From positions 24,152-88,151 of the IMG/VR virus record IMGVR_UViG_3300035703_000049: 64,000 nucleotides of DNA; one strand, given 5' to 3'. Made by a program: the position numbers and the translations under genes. The stretch comes from a virus. Position 1 is the stretch's first letter; each line of letters starts with the position of its first letter. Positions 19,649 through 30,150 of this stretch are shown piece by piece. The notes under the pieces were generated by a model. That model was not told the DNA's origin, ran no database searches, and was given only the letters and a program-made list of their open reading frames with translations.

Positions 19649-22472
19649 CACCAGGATAGAATCTGCTTGCACCAATTCTAGTTGGTAGTACACCTGCTCT
19701 ATTTGTTGGCATTCTACCTGCGGTATAAGCAGCTGGATTTGCTGCATCAAAGTAGTAATTGGTCTTTGGTACAGAACTTAAAATATTTGTCATACTACCA
19801 TTAATGCTAGCTGCTCTAGTTGGGGTTGGTCCTCTAAGGAAGTTTGGTCTACCTTTACCAGTAACAGCTTCAAATTGGTTTCTTTCTGCTAATACTGATT
19901 GTACAGTTGCGTTGGGCCCTCTTGCTCTTGTTCTATTTAGAATTGTACCTGAAACCCATGCCTGCTCAGTTTGATTTGTTCCTGCTTCAGCGGCTGTTGC
20001 AGCTACAAGAGCATTATATTCTGAATCTGACATAGGTCTACCTAAGTAAGCTTCTGCTGCTGCTTTGCCTTCAGGATCGTTTGATGCATAATTTGTTTGT
20101 CCTGCATTTGCATTTGGATCTCCATCAAATCCTTGTCCTCCTCCAGTTTCATCTGCTGGTCTATCGCAATTATCACCAGTAGCAAAGCAACCTGTGCCTC
20201 CACCACCAGGAGCAGCAGGAAGATCACTTGAAGGAGATTGCCCAAACGCTTGATCCAGTGCTGTATTTGCTTCCTGTGCGGGAGTTGCACCTGTTAGTTG
20301 TTGATCTGCTGGATTTGGCGATCCAAAAACACCTGCAGGTTGTTGTCCTGGTGTTTCAACGTTTGCTAATGCTGGGTCCGCACCAACAGGTTGCGCACCT
20401 CCTCTGCCAAGATATGGATTTGCAGCTGGACTACTAACAGGAATAGTTGTAGAACTAGTAGTAGGAGCATTAGCATAATTTGTTGTAAAACTACCACTTA
20501 AAGCTGCATCGGCTGTTACTACTGAATTTGTTGGAGTTGTTGTGTTTACTGTTATAGTTGATGGTTTATTAACCCCATAGTTTGTTGTAAAACTGCCACT
20601 CAATGCTGCATTGGCAGTAACATTTGTATTATTAACTGAGGTTGCAGGTTTATAAGTTGAAGACACTGTTGATCCAGAACTAGTTCTTACTGCACCTTGT
20701 AAATTAGTCGTTCTTGCAGCAGCGGGAGCAACAGCAGGAGATGAAGGTTGAGTAATTGAAGAGTTACCTTGTTGAATACCAGTAAAACTCATACCCATTG
20801 ATGAACCAGTAGCCGTTCTTGATTGTGTAAGAGTTGTTCCAGCATCTCTTGGTTGTGTTTGTCCTGCCCCTGATCCCCAATTGTTTGCTCCAGATCCTAC
20901 TGCATTTCCTGGCAACCCAGTTCTAATAGGTAAACTAAAATTGTTACCAAGAGATGTATTAGGATTATTGCCTGTTAGTCCAGTTTCAAATCCTAAACTA
21001 AAATTATTTCCTAAAGATGTTTGTCCAGTATCTGTTCCAGTTGTGCCGCCGCCATCAAACATCCCCCCTGGACCTGTTCCGCTTGCACTACCATCTGGGG
21101 CTGCTCCGCCGCCGCCGCCAGCACCTTGTCCCCCATCATGTTCTTTGTATGGTTCTTTACTTGGTGCGCGAGCTACTGTTGTTTGATATCCGCTGACGTC
21201 TTCTGGTTGTTCTGGCGGAACTTGCTCTGCTTCTTTTGCGGTACAACTATTCCAGTAAAAACATTTTCCTTTTAAACAAAAATAATTGAATGCTTTCATA
21301 TGTATATCACCAAATGATGTAAACATCATTTCTTTACAACTATGAACATGTAAGCTGTCAACCCCCTCAATCATAGTCTTAGCACCATGTAATTGAAGTT
21401 CTTCTCCACCTTGCACTTTAGTTCCTTTCATGCCAACAATCTTTACGCATTCGCCTGCATGAATGTTAACATTTTTATCTGCATGAAAGTTAACATCACC
21501 ATTGGTTGCCATGTTTATACCAGCTGCACCAAATACATCTATTTGTCCACTTGGGCTTAGCTCTATCCAACCTGTTCCCTGCGCGTTAATAAGATAAATC
21601 ATACCAGTATCATCGTGCATAGTAATTTGATTACCACCAGATGTTCTTAATCTAATGAGCTTGCTTGTTCCTTCTTGCGACCCATCATCCATAACAAATG
21701 TATGACCACCTTTAGAACTAATACCAAAAACATTTGACGGTGCTTCTCTAAAACTACTTGAAGTAATTGGTCCCCTTAGTGGATCTTCTTGTAAACCTTG
21801 TGCTGTTAACGAATCAACTAAAGGTTGGTATGGTTGTCTTTGTATACTAGTTAAATCCTGAGTAACTGGCACTTGCGGATCAATTGGATTAAATTCAGCC
21901 ATAGGCGTTTTACCATCAGGTGCGCCAATGGCTGGTACCATGCCGTGTGCCACAGTTGGAACACAAGCAAACCAAAATCCTCTATTTAAGTTTCCGCCAA
22001 TAAACATAACAAGAACAGTAACACCAAGATCAGGAGGAACTGCCCACATGCCATAACTTGTAATTACTTCCTGACCTTGGCTACCTACAGCACCTTCACC
22101 CTGTCTTTGACTTTGACCGTTATTAACTAAATTGTCAACAGTACCTGCTAAAGGAGAACCTTCAAGTTGCCTAAATTGACTAGGAGATATTGATCCTGCT
22201 GCTTGTGCTTCCTGTGCTGTTTGTAAAGGTGTTGGATTAAATGCATTATCTCTGTATGGTGTAATACCATAAAAAGGACTAGCATATCTTACTGTTACCC
22301 AACTTTTTGGATCATCAATGTTACCACCTACTTCTGGAATATAAACAGCAAGTCGCCCCATATACAAAGCATCTTTATTTTCTCTAACTACACCTTCGTA
22401 TATACCAGTGTAAATGTTTAGCCCAGTTCTGCTATCTGGATTTGCTGAATCGTATTGATTAAGTATAGTCAT
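19635..22472 (-). CDS. Baseplate hub/central spike, gp5/VgrG-like, with C-terminal SleB/Hydrolase_2-like cell-wall hydrolase
   Basis: OB-fold motifs DALYMGRLAVYIP and SYGMWAVPPDLGVTVLVMF; beta-helix region (GHTFVMDDG...IRLRTSGGNQITMHD); long G/S/T/P linker; C-terminal AAEAG...TILNR...VLAERNQFEAV...RIGASRFY. Confidence 0.75.
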   Translation of the reverse strand: MTILNQYDSANPDSRTGLNIYTGIYEGVVRENKDALYMGRLAVYIPEVGGNIDDPKSWVTVRYASPFYGITPYRDNAFNPTPLQTAQEAQAAGSISPSQFRQLEGSPLAGTVDNLVNNGQSQRQGEGAVGSQGQEVITSYGMWAVPPDLGVTVLVMFIGGNLNRGFWFACVPTVAHGMVPAIGAPDGKTPMAEFNPIDPQVPVTQDLTSIQRQPYQPLVDSLTAQGLQEDPLRGPITSSSFREAPSNVFGISSKGGHTFVMDDGSQEGTSKLIRLRTSGGNQITMHDDTGMIYLINAQGTGWIELSPSGQIDVFGAAGINMATNGDVNFHADKNVNIHAGECVKIVGMKGTKVQGGEELQLHGAKTMIEGVDSLHVHSCKEMMFTSFGDIHMKAFNYFCLKGKCFYWNSCTAKEAEQVPPEQPEDVSGYQTTVARAPSKEPYKEHDGGQGAGGGGGAAPDGSASGTGPGGMFDGGGTTGTDTGQTSLGNNFSLGFETGLTGNNPNTSLGNNFSLPIRTGLPGNAVGSGANNWGSGAGQTQPRDAGTTLTQSRTATGSSMGMSFTGIQQGNSSITQPSSPAVAPAAARTTNLQGAVRTSSGSTVSSTYKPATSVNNTNVTANAALSGSFTTNYGVNKPSTITVNTTTPTNSVVTADAALSGSFTTNYANAPTTSSTTIPVSSPAANPYLGRGGAQPVGADPALANVETPGQQPAGVFGSPNPADQQLTGATPAQEANTALDQAFGQSPSSDLPAAPGGGGTGCFATGDNCDRPADETGGGQGFDGDPNANAGQTNYASNDPEGKAAAEAYLGRPMSDSEYNALVAATAAEAGTNQTEQAWVSGTILNRTRARGPNATVQSVLAERNQFEAVTGKGRPNFLRGPTPTRAASINGSMTNILSSVPKTNYYFDAANPAAYTAGRMPTNRAGVLPTRIGASRFYPGARWP

Positions 22473-22484
22473 TTTTAGTTCCTG

Positions 22485-25184
22485 TTATCTTGGATTGCCA
22501 GGTAAAGTTGGATTTGATATTGATCCTGGACTTGGTTTTTCATTTTCTTCTTGATTTGGTATCTTTACCATGTTTAACTTACAAGTGTATCTGCCACTTT
22601 CAAATAAGTTTTCAACAGTAATAACTTGATAAACTCCTCCAACAAAAGAAGAATCTGTGTTTAAATCCATTAAACCAGTAGTATCGTTATAATCCCTTGG
22701 TGTTCTTAATCGTAGTTTGGCATAAACACCTGCAACGTCTATAGCAAGACTATTCCACTGGTCTAATTTACTATTAAAATTACCTACTGTTATAGGCCCA
22801 CCCCTTACGCTAGCGTCTTGAGGAATCCAATCAGGATCGCCAATTATATCCATGTCTAAAGTGATGTTATCCGCATAGCTGTTGTTCATTTTTAAATCAA
22901 AAAATTCAGCAGCTAAACTTGAATTAATATAGCGTGATGGTTCGTTTGGAAAAGTTTTTCCAATACTTCCTGGTTTAGATGACTGTTCTGAAAACTTATT
23001 TGGATTAGCAAGACCAGGAGTGCTTGTTCTAGCAGCTTCCATTCCTGTCATTATTAACCCTAATTCGTTTTTATCAGTAAAAAATCTTGTATAGTATAGT
23101 AAATTGAAATTGATATCTACATTAATAATGTCTTCATTTTTTCCAGTAAAAATCCAATCATATACTTTTGAATAGCCCCAATCACGTATCGGTGCTAATC
23201 CACCATTTTTAAAATTTTCACCAAATAACAAAGTATTAAAAACATGGAAAGTTATTTCTTTTGCATATTCGTTTCTTTTTTTATCCCATTGATTGGTAAT
23301 CAATTTAATTTGAGGGATAATTTTTATTAGTTGTGCTGGATCGCTGTTGCTTTCTTGTGCTGCTGGTTTCATTTTAGTATTGAAGTATTCACTTGCTAAT
23401 ACTAAATCTTTAATCGCTTCTTTTATTAATGTGCCGTTAGCAAGTTTATATCCTTGTATAGTTGGATCATTGTTATCGATCACACGCTCATTTATAGATG
23501 TTGCTTCACCTCCATTTTTTAGAGGAAATGCAACTTTGCTGTTTTGTAATTCTTCTGTTCTAGATCCTGTTTTATTAAAACTATAAAATTCTATTTTATA
23601 TTTGTCAGGGTATTCTTGTTTTTGATCTTTAGTAACTTTTTCTACTTCACTTAAATTTAATCTACCAATTAATCCACTTTCTCCAGGACCAGCAATTTCA
23701 AGTAAAGTTTTTCCTTGCACATATTCGCCTTTTGTTAATGAAGCACGCTTAGGAGTATATTGGTAAAACCCATAAGGCACCATACCAAGTGTATATTTTG
23801 CTCCACCTGAATCTAGTTTCATATCAATAGAAATAATCTTTACTGGAATATATTTTTTCCCTTTATCTAAAATACTTTCGACTGGCACACCTGCATCAGT
23901 ATAACCAGTAAAATCTATTTCTAACAAGTAAGGATTTTCAGCTAGAGTTATATTAATCCCGTTTACTTCACCAGCAAGCGCGGCTAATTCCCCAACAAAA
24001 CTTGCACCGTATGGTTCTGTGATTTCCATTGATAAATCAATATTGTTAGTTGCTGTGCCTGTTAATCTATTACCTATCACACTAGTAAAACGTAAACTAT
24101 CAATAGAGAAATCTTTTTCAAAATTTATACCACCCTGCTGCCGTTGATAACCGCCTGACTTAGCAATAGTGTATTGTCTAGCACCTTCTGGTATCACGCC
24201 GCCTTCCATAATTGAATTATAATCATTTAGTCCTAACAAATATAAACTAATTTTATAAGTCCAGTTGGCATAATTGTGTAAAATATTTGGACGAAGTGGT
24301 ACGTTTGGATTATTTGGTGTGCCCGCTGCTTGATTTGGTACATTAATACCTTGTGAAGTAGTACCAATTGTAACTCCGCCAGTACCAATTGTAGCTGCAT
24401 CAGAATTAACTGTTATTGCATCTGGATTTATAAAACCATTAAAAGCAGTACCAAATGGCACATTTCTAGGTTTACCTGCATCATCTGTGTTACCACTTTT
24501 GCGGCTATCGGATATTGCAGGTTCTCTTAAAAATTCATCACTTAACCTGCCAGGTAAATTATTTGTTGTAGGTAATTGATTTAGATTTTCATTAACTATT
24601 CCAGTTTGATTTTGTGTTGATTGATTTTTATTGTTAGACTCAATCGCTGCCCCAATTTGTTCAGCTTCTTTAGCACCCGTATTTGTTCCACTTGCTAGTG
24701 GTGTTTCAGGTTGAACTTGTTGAGATTGCGTTGCTGTTACTGGTGCAGATTCAATTGCAGTGCTTTGATCAGTTTTTGCTGCTTTAGGATTAACGCCTTG
24801 TGGATTAGGATTACTAGTAACGCTTGTGCCAGTATTAGATGGAATTGCAGCATCGTCTTGGTTTACTGTTGTTTTTGATTCTGGAGAAAATGTAACTTTT
24901 GTGTCATCCCCAAAACCTTTAACAAAAAATCCGCTGCCACCTATATACAACTCACCAGGTTCTAATTTAACACTAGGAGGAGGTGGTAGTTGACCATAAT
25001 CTACATAATCATATTTTGCAGCTATACTTTGAGCTTCTCTGTCTAGAGTAGCTAACGTAACATCTTTACCTGCATATTTTTGATTAATAATTTGTTTATA
25101 TTCTTGTTGTGCTCTGGCTAATTGTTCATTTGCTATTCTAATTTCCGTTGGCGAACTAGAAGGAGTAATTTGCTTTTTTGCCAT
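22485..25184 (-). CDS. Baseplate hub protein (gp27/late control D-like position)
   Basis: Lies between gp53 and gp5; motifs NILHNYANWTYKISL, ITEPYG, DIIGDPDW, GVYQVITVENLFESGRYT; low-complexity N-terminal third. Confidence 0.55.
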   Translation of the reverse strand: MAKKQITPSSSPTEIRIANEQLARAQQEYKQIINQKYAGKDVTLATLDREAQSIAAKYDYVDYGQLPPPPSVKLEPGELYIGGSGFFVKGFGDDTKVTFSPESKTTVNQDDAAIPSNTGTSVTSNPNPQGVNPKAAKTDQSTAIESAPVTATQSQQVQPETPLASGTNTGAKEAEQIGAAIESNNKNQSTQNQTGIVNENLNQLPTTNNLPGRLSDEFLREPAISDSRKSGNTDDAGKPRNVPFGTAFNGFINPDAITVNSDAATIGTGGVTIGTTSQGINVPNQAAGTPNNPNVPLRPNILHNYANWTYKISLYLLGLNDYNSIMEGGVIPEGARQYTIAKSGGYQRQQGGINFEKDFSIDSLRFTSVIGNRLTGTATNNIDLSMEITEPYGASFVGELAALAGEVNGINITLAENPYLLEIDFTGYTDAGVPVESILDKGKKYIPVKIISIDMKLDSGGAKYTLGMVPYGFYQYTPKRASLTKGEYVQGKTLLEIAGPGESGLIGRLNLSEVEKVTKDQKQEYPDKYKIEFYSFNKTGSRTEELQNSKVAFPLKNGGEATSINERVIDNNDPTIQGYKLANGTLIKEAIKDLVLASEYFNTKMKPAAQESNSDPAQLIKIIPQIKLITNQWDKKRNEYAKEITFHVFNTLLFGENFKNGGLAPIRDWGYSKVYDWIFTGKNEDIINVDINFNLLYYTRFFTDKNELGLIMTGMEAARTSTPGLANPNKFSEQSSKPGSIGKTFPNEPSRYINSSLAAEFFDLKMNNSYADNITLDMDIIGDPDWIPQDASVRGGPITVGNFNSKLDQWNSLAIDVAGVYAKLRLRTPRDYNDTTGLMDLNTDSSFVGGVYQVITVENLFESGRYTCKLNMVKIPNQEENEKPSPGSISNPTLPGNPR

Positions 25185-25185
25185 A

Positions 25186-25485
25186 TTATAGACCTAATAC
25201 CCTTTTTAGTGTAGTTGATTTTGGTAAAAATATAGTAACACCAGATTGAAAATCAAATATTGGATCTTCAATAGAATTAGGATTCCTAACCATGAACACC
25301 CACCACAAATTTGCATCGCCGTATAAATCATACGCTAAAAGATCAGGTCGTAATGCGTGCTGTGGTTTTATTGTATAAACAATATCATCTACTTCTTTAG
25401 GTATATTTCTGTATGTTAATACATCTAAATATTCACCAAATTGTTCTGTGTTGAAGTAAGGGCTACTACTCAAATATTCAACCAT
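25186..25485 (-). CDS. Baseplate wedge subunit gp53-like (LysM-like)
   Basis: RPDLLAYDLYGDANLWWVFMVRN motif; 99 aa. Confidence 0.8.
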   Translation of the reverse strand: MVEYLSSSPYFNTEQFGEYLDVLTYRNIPKEVDDIVYTIKPQHALRPDLLAYDLYGDANLWWVFMVRNPNSIEDPIFDFQSGVTIFLPKSTTLKRVLGL

Positions 25486-26645
25486 TAAATAAATCCTCCT
25501 CTAGTTGAGTTTGCTAACAAGCTGCCGGCAGCAAAATTTCTAAATCCAAAATCTTGACTAATACTTCTACGACTGTAAAGAGGCTTACAAGTTATGCTAA
25601 ATTGTTGAACGATTGGAACTCTTGTTAACGTATTATTTGCTGCGTTTGATGCTGCTGCCGCAGCAGCATTTACTGAACCAGCAGAAGGATTAGTTGAAAT
25701 ATAATCAACATCTTCTGGTAAGCTTACACCAAAACTTTCTATTATAATTGGCACACCACCAACTTGATCTTTATGTGATCCAAATTGATAATCACCATGC
25801 CCTTCTAATCTTAATACTGGCGGAGGAAGCCCTGCCTCAGCATCTTGCCCATAAAACATTTTAGTTACTGTTCTAAAGAAATGTTGCGCTGCTACAACAT
25901 AATTTGCATCTTCACTATTTTTACAAGCAAACGTAGCAGTAATGCTTATTGACTCTGTGTCGCTGCTTTGATAAAAATGATATGCGTAATTACTATGTGT
26001 TAAATTTTCAGAATTATATCGTGCACCGTGATTAACAGAAATGTTAGGAGTGTAAGGAAATAACACACCATTTGTTGCCCTAAGTGGATATAATACCGGA
26101 CCTTGTAAAAGTATACCTTGTAATGCACCTGACGGAACTAAAATTCGAACTCTAGTATCTTCACCTTTTTCGCTAGTGAATTTTACTAATGGTGTTCCGT
26201 TAGATCCTCTAGAATTTTGTGCACCGGCCGGCAATCCAGCATTAGTTCTGCGTGAATTACTTGGATCAAATGTGTTTGAAGGAACGGTTTCTACTCTAAC
26301 ACGATCAGTGCCAGCTGAACTTACTTCTGGTTGCTTATTTTTTCCTAACAAATTAGCAAAACCGTTTAAGCTTTCTAATGCTTGTGCTGCTTCCGCACTT
26401 TGAAGCCTATCATCTATAATCTGTGCTTTTTCTCTTGCATTTAGCAATATTCCATACAAAGGAACAATACTTGTTGTAAAGTTGCCGCGTTCTGTTCTAA
26501 CACTAATTGTTTCAGGTATATCGTTTTTAATAAGTGCAGAATTAATTTCATCATACGCAATATTCAACTGTTTTGCAGCCGCTGAAACAATTTCTTGTTG
26601 CCTTATATTAAAAGAATCTTTGTTTATAGGTCCGTTGGTTGCCAT
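25485..26645 (-). CDS. Baseplate tail-tube initiator (gp48/gp54-like)
   Basis: GVLFPYTPNISV...HFFRTVTKMFYG...PPPVLRLEGHG...LPEDVDYI tube-initiator pattern; first gene of the baseplate operon. Confidence 0.6.
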   Translation of the reverse strand: MATNGPINKDSFNIRQQEIVSAAAKQLNIAYDEINSALIKNDIPETISVRTERGNFTTSIVPLYGILLNAREKAQIIDDRLQSAEAAQALESLNGFANLLGKNKQPEVSSAGTDRVRVETVPSNTFDPSNSRRTNAGLPAGAQNSRGSNGTPLVKFTSEKGEDTRVRILVPSGALQGILLQGPVLYPLRATNGVLFPYTPNISVNHGARYNSENLTHSNYAYHFYQSSDTESISITATFACKNSEDANYVVAAQHFFRTVTKMFYGQDAEAGLPPPVLRLEGHGDYQFGSHKDQVGGVPIIIESFGVSLPEDVDYISTNPSAGSVNAAAAAASNAANNTLTRVPIVQQFSITCKPLYSRRSISQDFGFRNFAAGSLLANSTRGGFI

Positions 26646-26653
26646 GATATATC

Positions 26654-26709
26654 CAATAAATATTGTCCATAATATTTATTGACAATATAATATGCTGTTA
26701 TTTTAGGAG
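26654..26709. promoter_or_regulatory. Divergent control region: inverted repeat with two TAAATA late boxes, a sigma70 promoter and the SD for gp55
   Basis: CAATAAATATT-gtccat-AATATTTATTG (26654-81); TTGTCC(26663-68)-17nt-TATAAT(26686-91); AGGAG at 26705-09. Confidence 0.6.
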
Positions 26710-26712
26710 ATT

Positions 26713-27507
26713 TTGTTGATTCGCGTAAATTATTTAAACAACAGGGATTTGTTAAGAGAGATCCATAAAAGTAAAAACAGCTATTGCTCTTACTTAGCCC
26801 CAGAAGATGGGCAGTATGACATTATATTGCCTAGTTTAAGCAAAATTAATAGAAATACTATAGCACAAGCAAAGAAAAATAGAGCAGATCGTTTAACTAG
26901 AGAAGCATGGGAAGCGGGACTAAAATTAGACTCAAAAGTTAAACAAGAACAATTTAGAGTAGATTATAAAAAAATACAAAAAACTGAACTAGTGTTTAGG
27001 ATAATGACATTTGATCATATACCGTTAGCGCCAGGTCGTAAAAAAACACCAAAAATTAAAAGCGATCATCACGTTAAAGTTAACTTTCCCCCTTTTCAAC
27101 ATTATCGTTTAGATGAAAATGATCAACCATTTTGTGTTGGCAAAAGTCATTGGGTAGGTGGTATGCAAAATGGGTACTTTAGCAAGGAGCAGGGAAAGAT
27201 TACAAACGAACTTGCTAAAATGTTTATGAAGCTCTGTGAACGTTATGGTACTAGAGGTAACTGGAGAGGTTATACATATAATGATGAAATGCGTAGCCAA
27301 GCCCTACTACAGTTAAGTCAAGTAGGATTGCAGTTTGATGAATCAAAATCATCAAACCCATTTGCATATTATACTGCAACAATTACAAACAGCTTTACTC
27401 GTATCTTAAACATCGAAAAGAAAAATCAAAACATACGTGATGACATACTTGAAATGAATAATATGAATCCAAGCTATTCAAGACAAAACGACTGGCATCA
27501 AGAATAA
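26713..27507 (+). CDS. Late transcription sigma factor, T4 gp55-like
   Basis: YLNNRDLLREI at the N-terminus; NWRGYTYNDEM...FDESKSSNPFAYYT...NSFTRILNIEKK; precedes gp47/gp46 as in T4. TTG start (26713 or 26716). Confidence 0.85.
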   Translation: MLIRVNYLNNRDLLREIHKSKNSYCSYLAPEDGQYDIILPSLSKINRNTIAQAKKNRADRLTREAWEAGLKLDSKVKQEQFRVDYKKIQKTELVFRIMTFDHIPLAPGRKKTPKIKSDHHVKVNFPPFQHYRLDENDQPFCVGKSHWVGGMQNGYFSKEQGKITNELAKMFMKLCERYGTRGNWRGYTYNDEMRSQALLQLSQVGLQFDESKSSNPFAYYTATITNSFTRILNIEKKNQNIRDDILEMNNMNPSYSRQNDWHQE

Positions 27508-27545
27508 AGTTGTTTAACAGGAGTTTAAGAGCTTAAAATTAATGC

Positions 27546-28559
27546 ATGAGCAACCCTTTTAATCGAGCACTTGTTTTTACAGATATACATTTTGGAAAGA
27601 AATCGAACAGTCAACAATTTAATCAAGACTGCTTAGATTTTGTCGATTGGGCTACTAAGCTTGGTGTAGAAAAAGGATGCGATAGAGTTATATTTTGTGG
27701 TGATTGGCATCATAATCGAGCTAGTATTAGTTTATATACACTTACTGCTAGTCTAAAAGCACTGGAGTTAATTAATGACAGATTTCATCGCGCTGATTTC
27801 ATTGTGGGCAATCATGATTTATATTATCGTGATAAGAGAACGATTGCCTCTATGGAGTGGGCAAACCATATTCCTAACATTCATGTTCATAGTGATACCT
27901 ACCGCGAAGGTGATATGGTCATGGTACCGTGGTTAGTTCAAGACGAATATAAGACAATGCGTAAGCTTACTGCAAAGCACGTATTTGGACACTTCGAACT
28001 GCCTAAATTTAAAATGAATAGCATGATTGAAATGCCAGACCATGGTGAAATTCAAGCTGAGGATTTAGGTAATGTGGAGTATGTATGGACCGGACACTTC
28101 CATAAACGACAAGATCGCAATAACATACATTACATTGGCAATGCTTTTCCGCATGATTATAGCGATGCATGGGATGATGAACGTGGTGTTATGATTCTTA
28201 ACTGGGATGGCGATCACGACTATTATGCATGGGACGCGGCTCCTAAATATCGTGTCATTAAACTTAGCGAGCTACTAGATAATCCAGATTATCACTTAAA
28301 AGCTGAAAGCTATCTACGTGTCAATATCGATATTCCAATTAGCTATGAAGAAGCTAACTTTATACGCGAAACATTTGACTCACAATATCAGCCACGCGAA
28401 CTTGCTTTGATCCCGCAAAGACAGGATGATTTTGCAATGGATGCTGATCTTAATATAAAATTTGAATCAGTCGATCAAATTGTCCATTCTCAATTAACCC
28501 AAGTTGACAGTAATTTTTATGATTCAAAACTGTTAATGCAAATTTACGAAAGATTATAA
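27546..28559 (+). CDS. Recombination nuclease gp47 (Mre11/SbcD-like)
   Basis: Metallophosphoesterase motifs DIH, GDWHH, GNHD, GHFE, GHFH. Confidence 0.92.
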   Translation: MSNPFNRALVFTDIHFGKKSNSQQFNQDCLDFVDWATKLGVEKGCDRVIFCGDWHHNRASISLYTLTASLKALELINDRFHRADFIVGNHDLYYRDKRTIASMEWANHIPNIHVHSDTYREGDMVMVPWLVQDEYKTMRKLTAKHVFGHFELPKFKMNSMIEMPDHGEIQAEDLGNVEYVWTGHFHKRQDRNNIHYIGNAFPHDYSDAWDDERGVMILNWDGDHDYYAWDAAPKYRVIKLSELLDNPDYHLKAESYLRVNIDIPISYEEANFIRETFDSQYQPRELALIPQRQDDFAMDADLNIKFESVDQIVHSQLTQVDSNFYDSKLLMQIYERL

Positions 28560-29368
28560 TGAAATATTTGATATTAGGATCTGAAGGACAAATAGGAAAA
28601 TATTTGTGTAAAACTTTAACTAACTGCGGTGATGAAGTTATTAACTTCGATATATCTATAGATGCTAATCAAGATTTAAGGATACCAAATAATAGATTGT
28701 TACACTCTGCAGTTAAAAGCTGTGATAAAATTTTTTTTTTAGCATTTGATTGCGGTGGAGCAAAATATTTAAAAGAAAATCAACACAAAAAGCAATTTAT
28801 CGACAATAACATTCGTATAATGTTGAATACATTTGAATGCATTAGTAATTATAATAAACCATTTGTATTTGCTAGCAGCCAAATGTCAAATAATTTTGAA
28901 TCGAGTTATGGTTCATTAAAATTAATTGGAGATCATTATACAAAATCTTTAAATGGTATAATTGCAAAATTTTGGAACGTGTACGGAAAAGAAGATTTTG
29001 GTGTCCATAGTCATGTAATTACCGACTTTGTAAAAGGTGCAAAAGAAAAACAACATATTCAAATGTTAACTACCGGTAAAGAAAAAAGACAATTTTTACA
29101 TGCGACTGATTGTTCAGAAGCACTTAAAACACTAATCGATCGATACGATCAAACAGCAGGACTAGAATATCATATAACAAGTTTTGAATGGACTAGTATT
29201 CAGACACTTGCGATTTTAATTTCTTCAATTATTCCCTGTAAAATTACTAATTGTGATTTTTATGATGAATTACAAAGTAACTATTTGTTTGAACCAAAAA
29301 AAGATATATTGTCGTTTTGGAAACCTCGCATTTCTCTGTTAGATGGATTAAAGGAAATGTGTGAATGA
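28559..29368 (+). CDS. NAD-dependent sugar-nucleotide epimerase/dehydratase
   Basis: GSEGQIG Rossmann motif, FASS, YGSLK (YxxxK), NVYG, RQFLHATD. Confidence 0.85.
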   Translation: MKYLILGSEGQIGKYLCKTLTNCGDEVINFDISIDANQDLRIPNNRLLHSAVKSCDKIFFLAFDCGGAKYLKENQHKKQFIDNNIRIMLNTFECISNYNKPFVFASSQMSNNFESSYGSLKLIGDHYTKSLNGIIAKFWNVYGKEDFGVHSHVITDFVKGAKEKQHIQMLTTGKEKRQFLHATDCSEALKTLIDRYDQTAGLEYHITSFEWTSIQTLAILISSIIPCKITNCDFYDELQSNYLFEPKKDILSFWKPRISLLDGLKEMCE

Positions 29369-30150
29369 AATTTTTATTAACTCAGTTTGCAGAAGGTTCA
29401 GGCGGAAGTTTTTTAATGTGTGTGCTTGCAGCTAGTAATTCTGTATGGCACTGGGACGAAAAAACACAAAACAATAAAACTGAAGATAAATCATTATCTT
29501 ATATTAAATCTAAATTTCAAAAGGATTATACACTTTGGATAGCCAGGGATCCTAAACCGCAAAATGATTATAATTTACATTTTTTAAGTACCAAATACCC
29601 TCGCGGTGATGATTTAACTTTAGAAGAATTTAAATCGTTATGCAAATTAAATGGCAGCGATCATTTTATTAATGGAATAAACTCCAATCTTTATCAAATT
29701 TTACCTTGGCATAAAATAACAATACCAGGATTTTTTAATAATCCACTTGTTTGTACAATTATAATTGATAAATCTTCTTTACGGTGGTATCACCGTTCAT
29801 TATGGAATAAAAAATTTGGTATAAAAGATAACTTAATACACATAAAAGCAGATGACCCAAGTTATAATCCTGAAAGAGAAAGATATTTTCAAATTTTTAA
29901 TAATCCATATCTTGTAAATAAACCGTTTTTTAATTTCGTAAAAGAAAATATAATACTAAACAAACAAAAATTGTTATTCTTGAATCCTACTATTTCATCA
30001 AACAATTCATCAATATTTTTAAGCGAATTAATTGATGAAAAAAAATTTGTTCAAAAAGTACAAAAAATATGCAGAGAACTTAATCTAGAGTTATTATCAA
30101 AAAATTATTTAATTGAATGCCATAAATATTGGAAACAATGTCATGAGTGA
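29365..30150 (+). CDS. Hypothetical protein (possible sulfotransferase-like P-loop fold)
   Basis: N-terminal strand-EGSGGSFL-helix resembles a sulfotransferase PAPS-binding loop; otherwise unrecognised; very AT-rich. Confidence 0.4.
   Translation: MKFLLTQFAEGSGGSFLMCVLAASNSVWHWDEKTQNNKTEDKSLSYIKSKFQKDYTLWIARDPKPQNDYNLHFLSTKYPRGDDLTLEEFKSLCKLNGSDHFINGINSNLYQILPWHKITIPGFFNNPLVCTIIIDKSSLRWYHRSLWNKKFGIKDNLIHIKADDPSYNPERERYFQIFNNPYLVNKPFFNFVKENIILNKQKLLFLNPTISSNNSSIFLSELIDEKKFVQKVQKICRELNLELLSKNYLIECHKYWKQCHE

Noticed and set aside
26679-26704. TTGACA at 26679 as the -35 of the gp55 promoter
   Set aside because: No acceptable -10 at 16-18 nt spacing; TTGTCC-17-TATAAT fits better.
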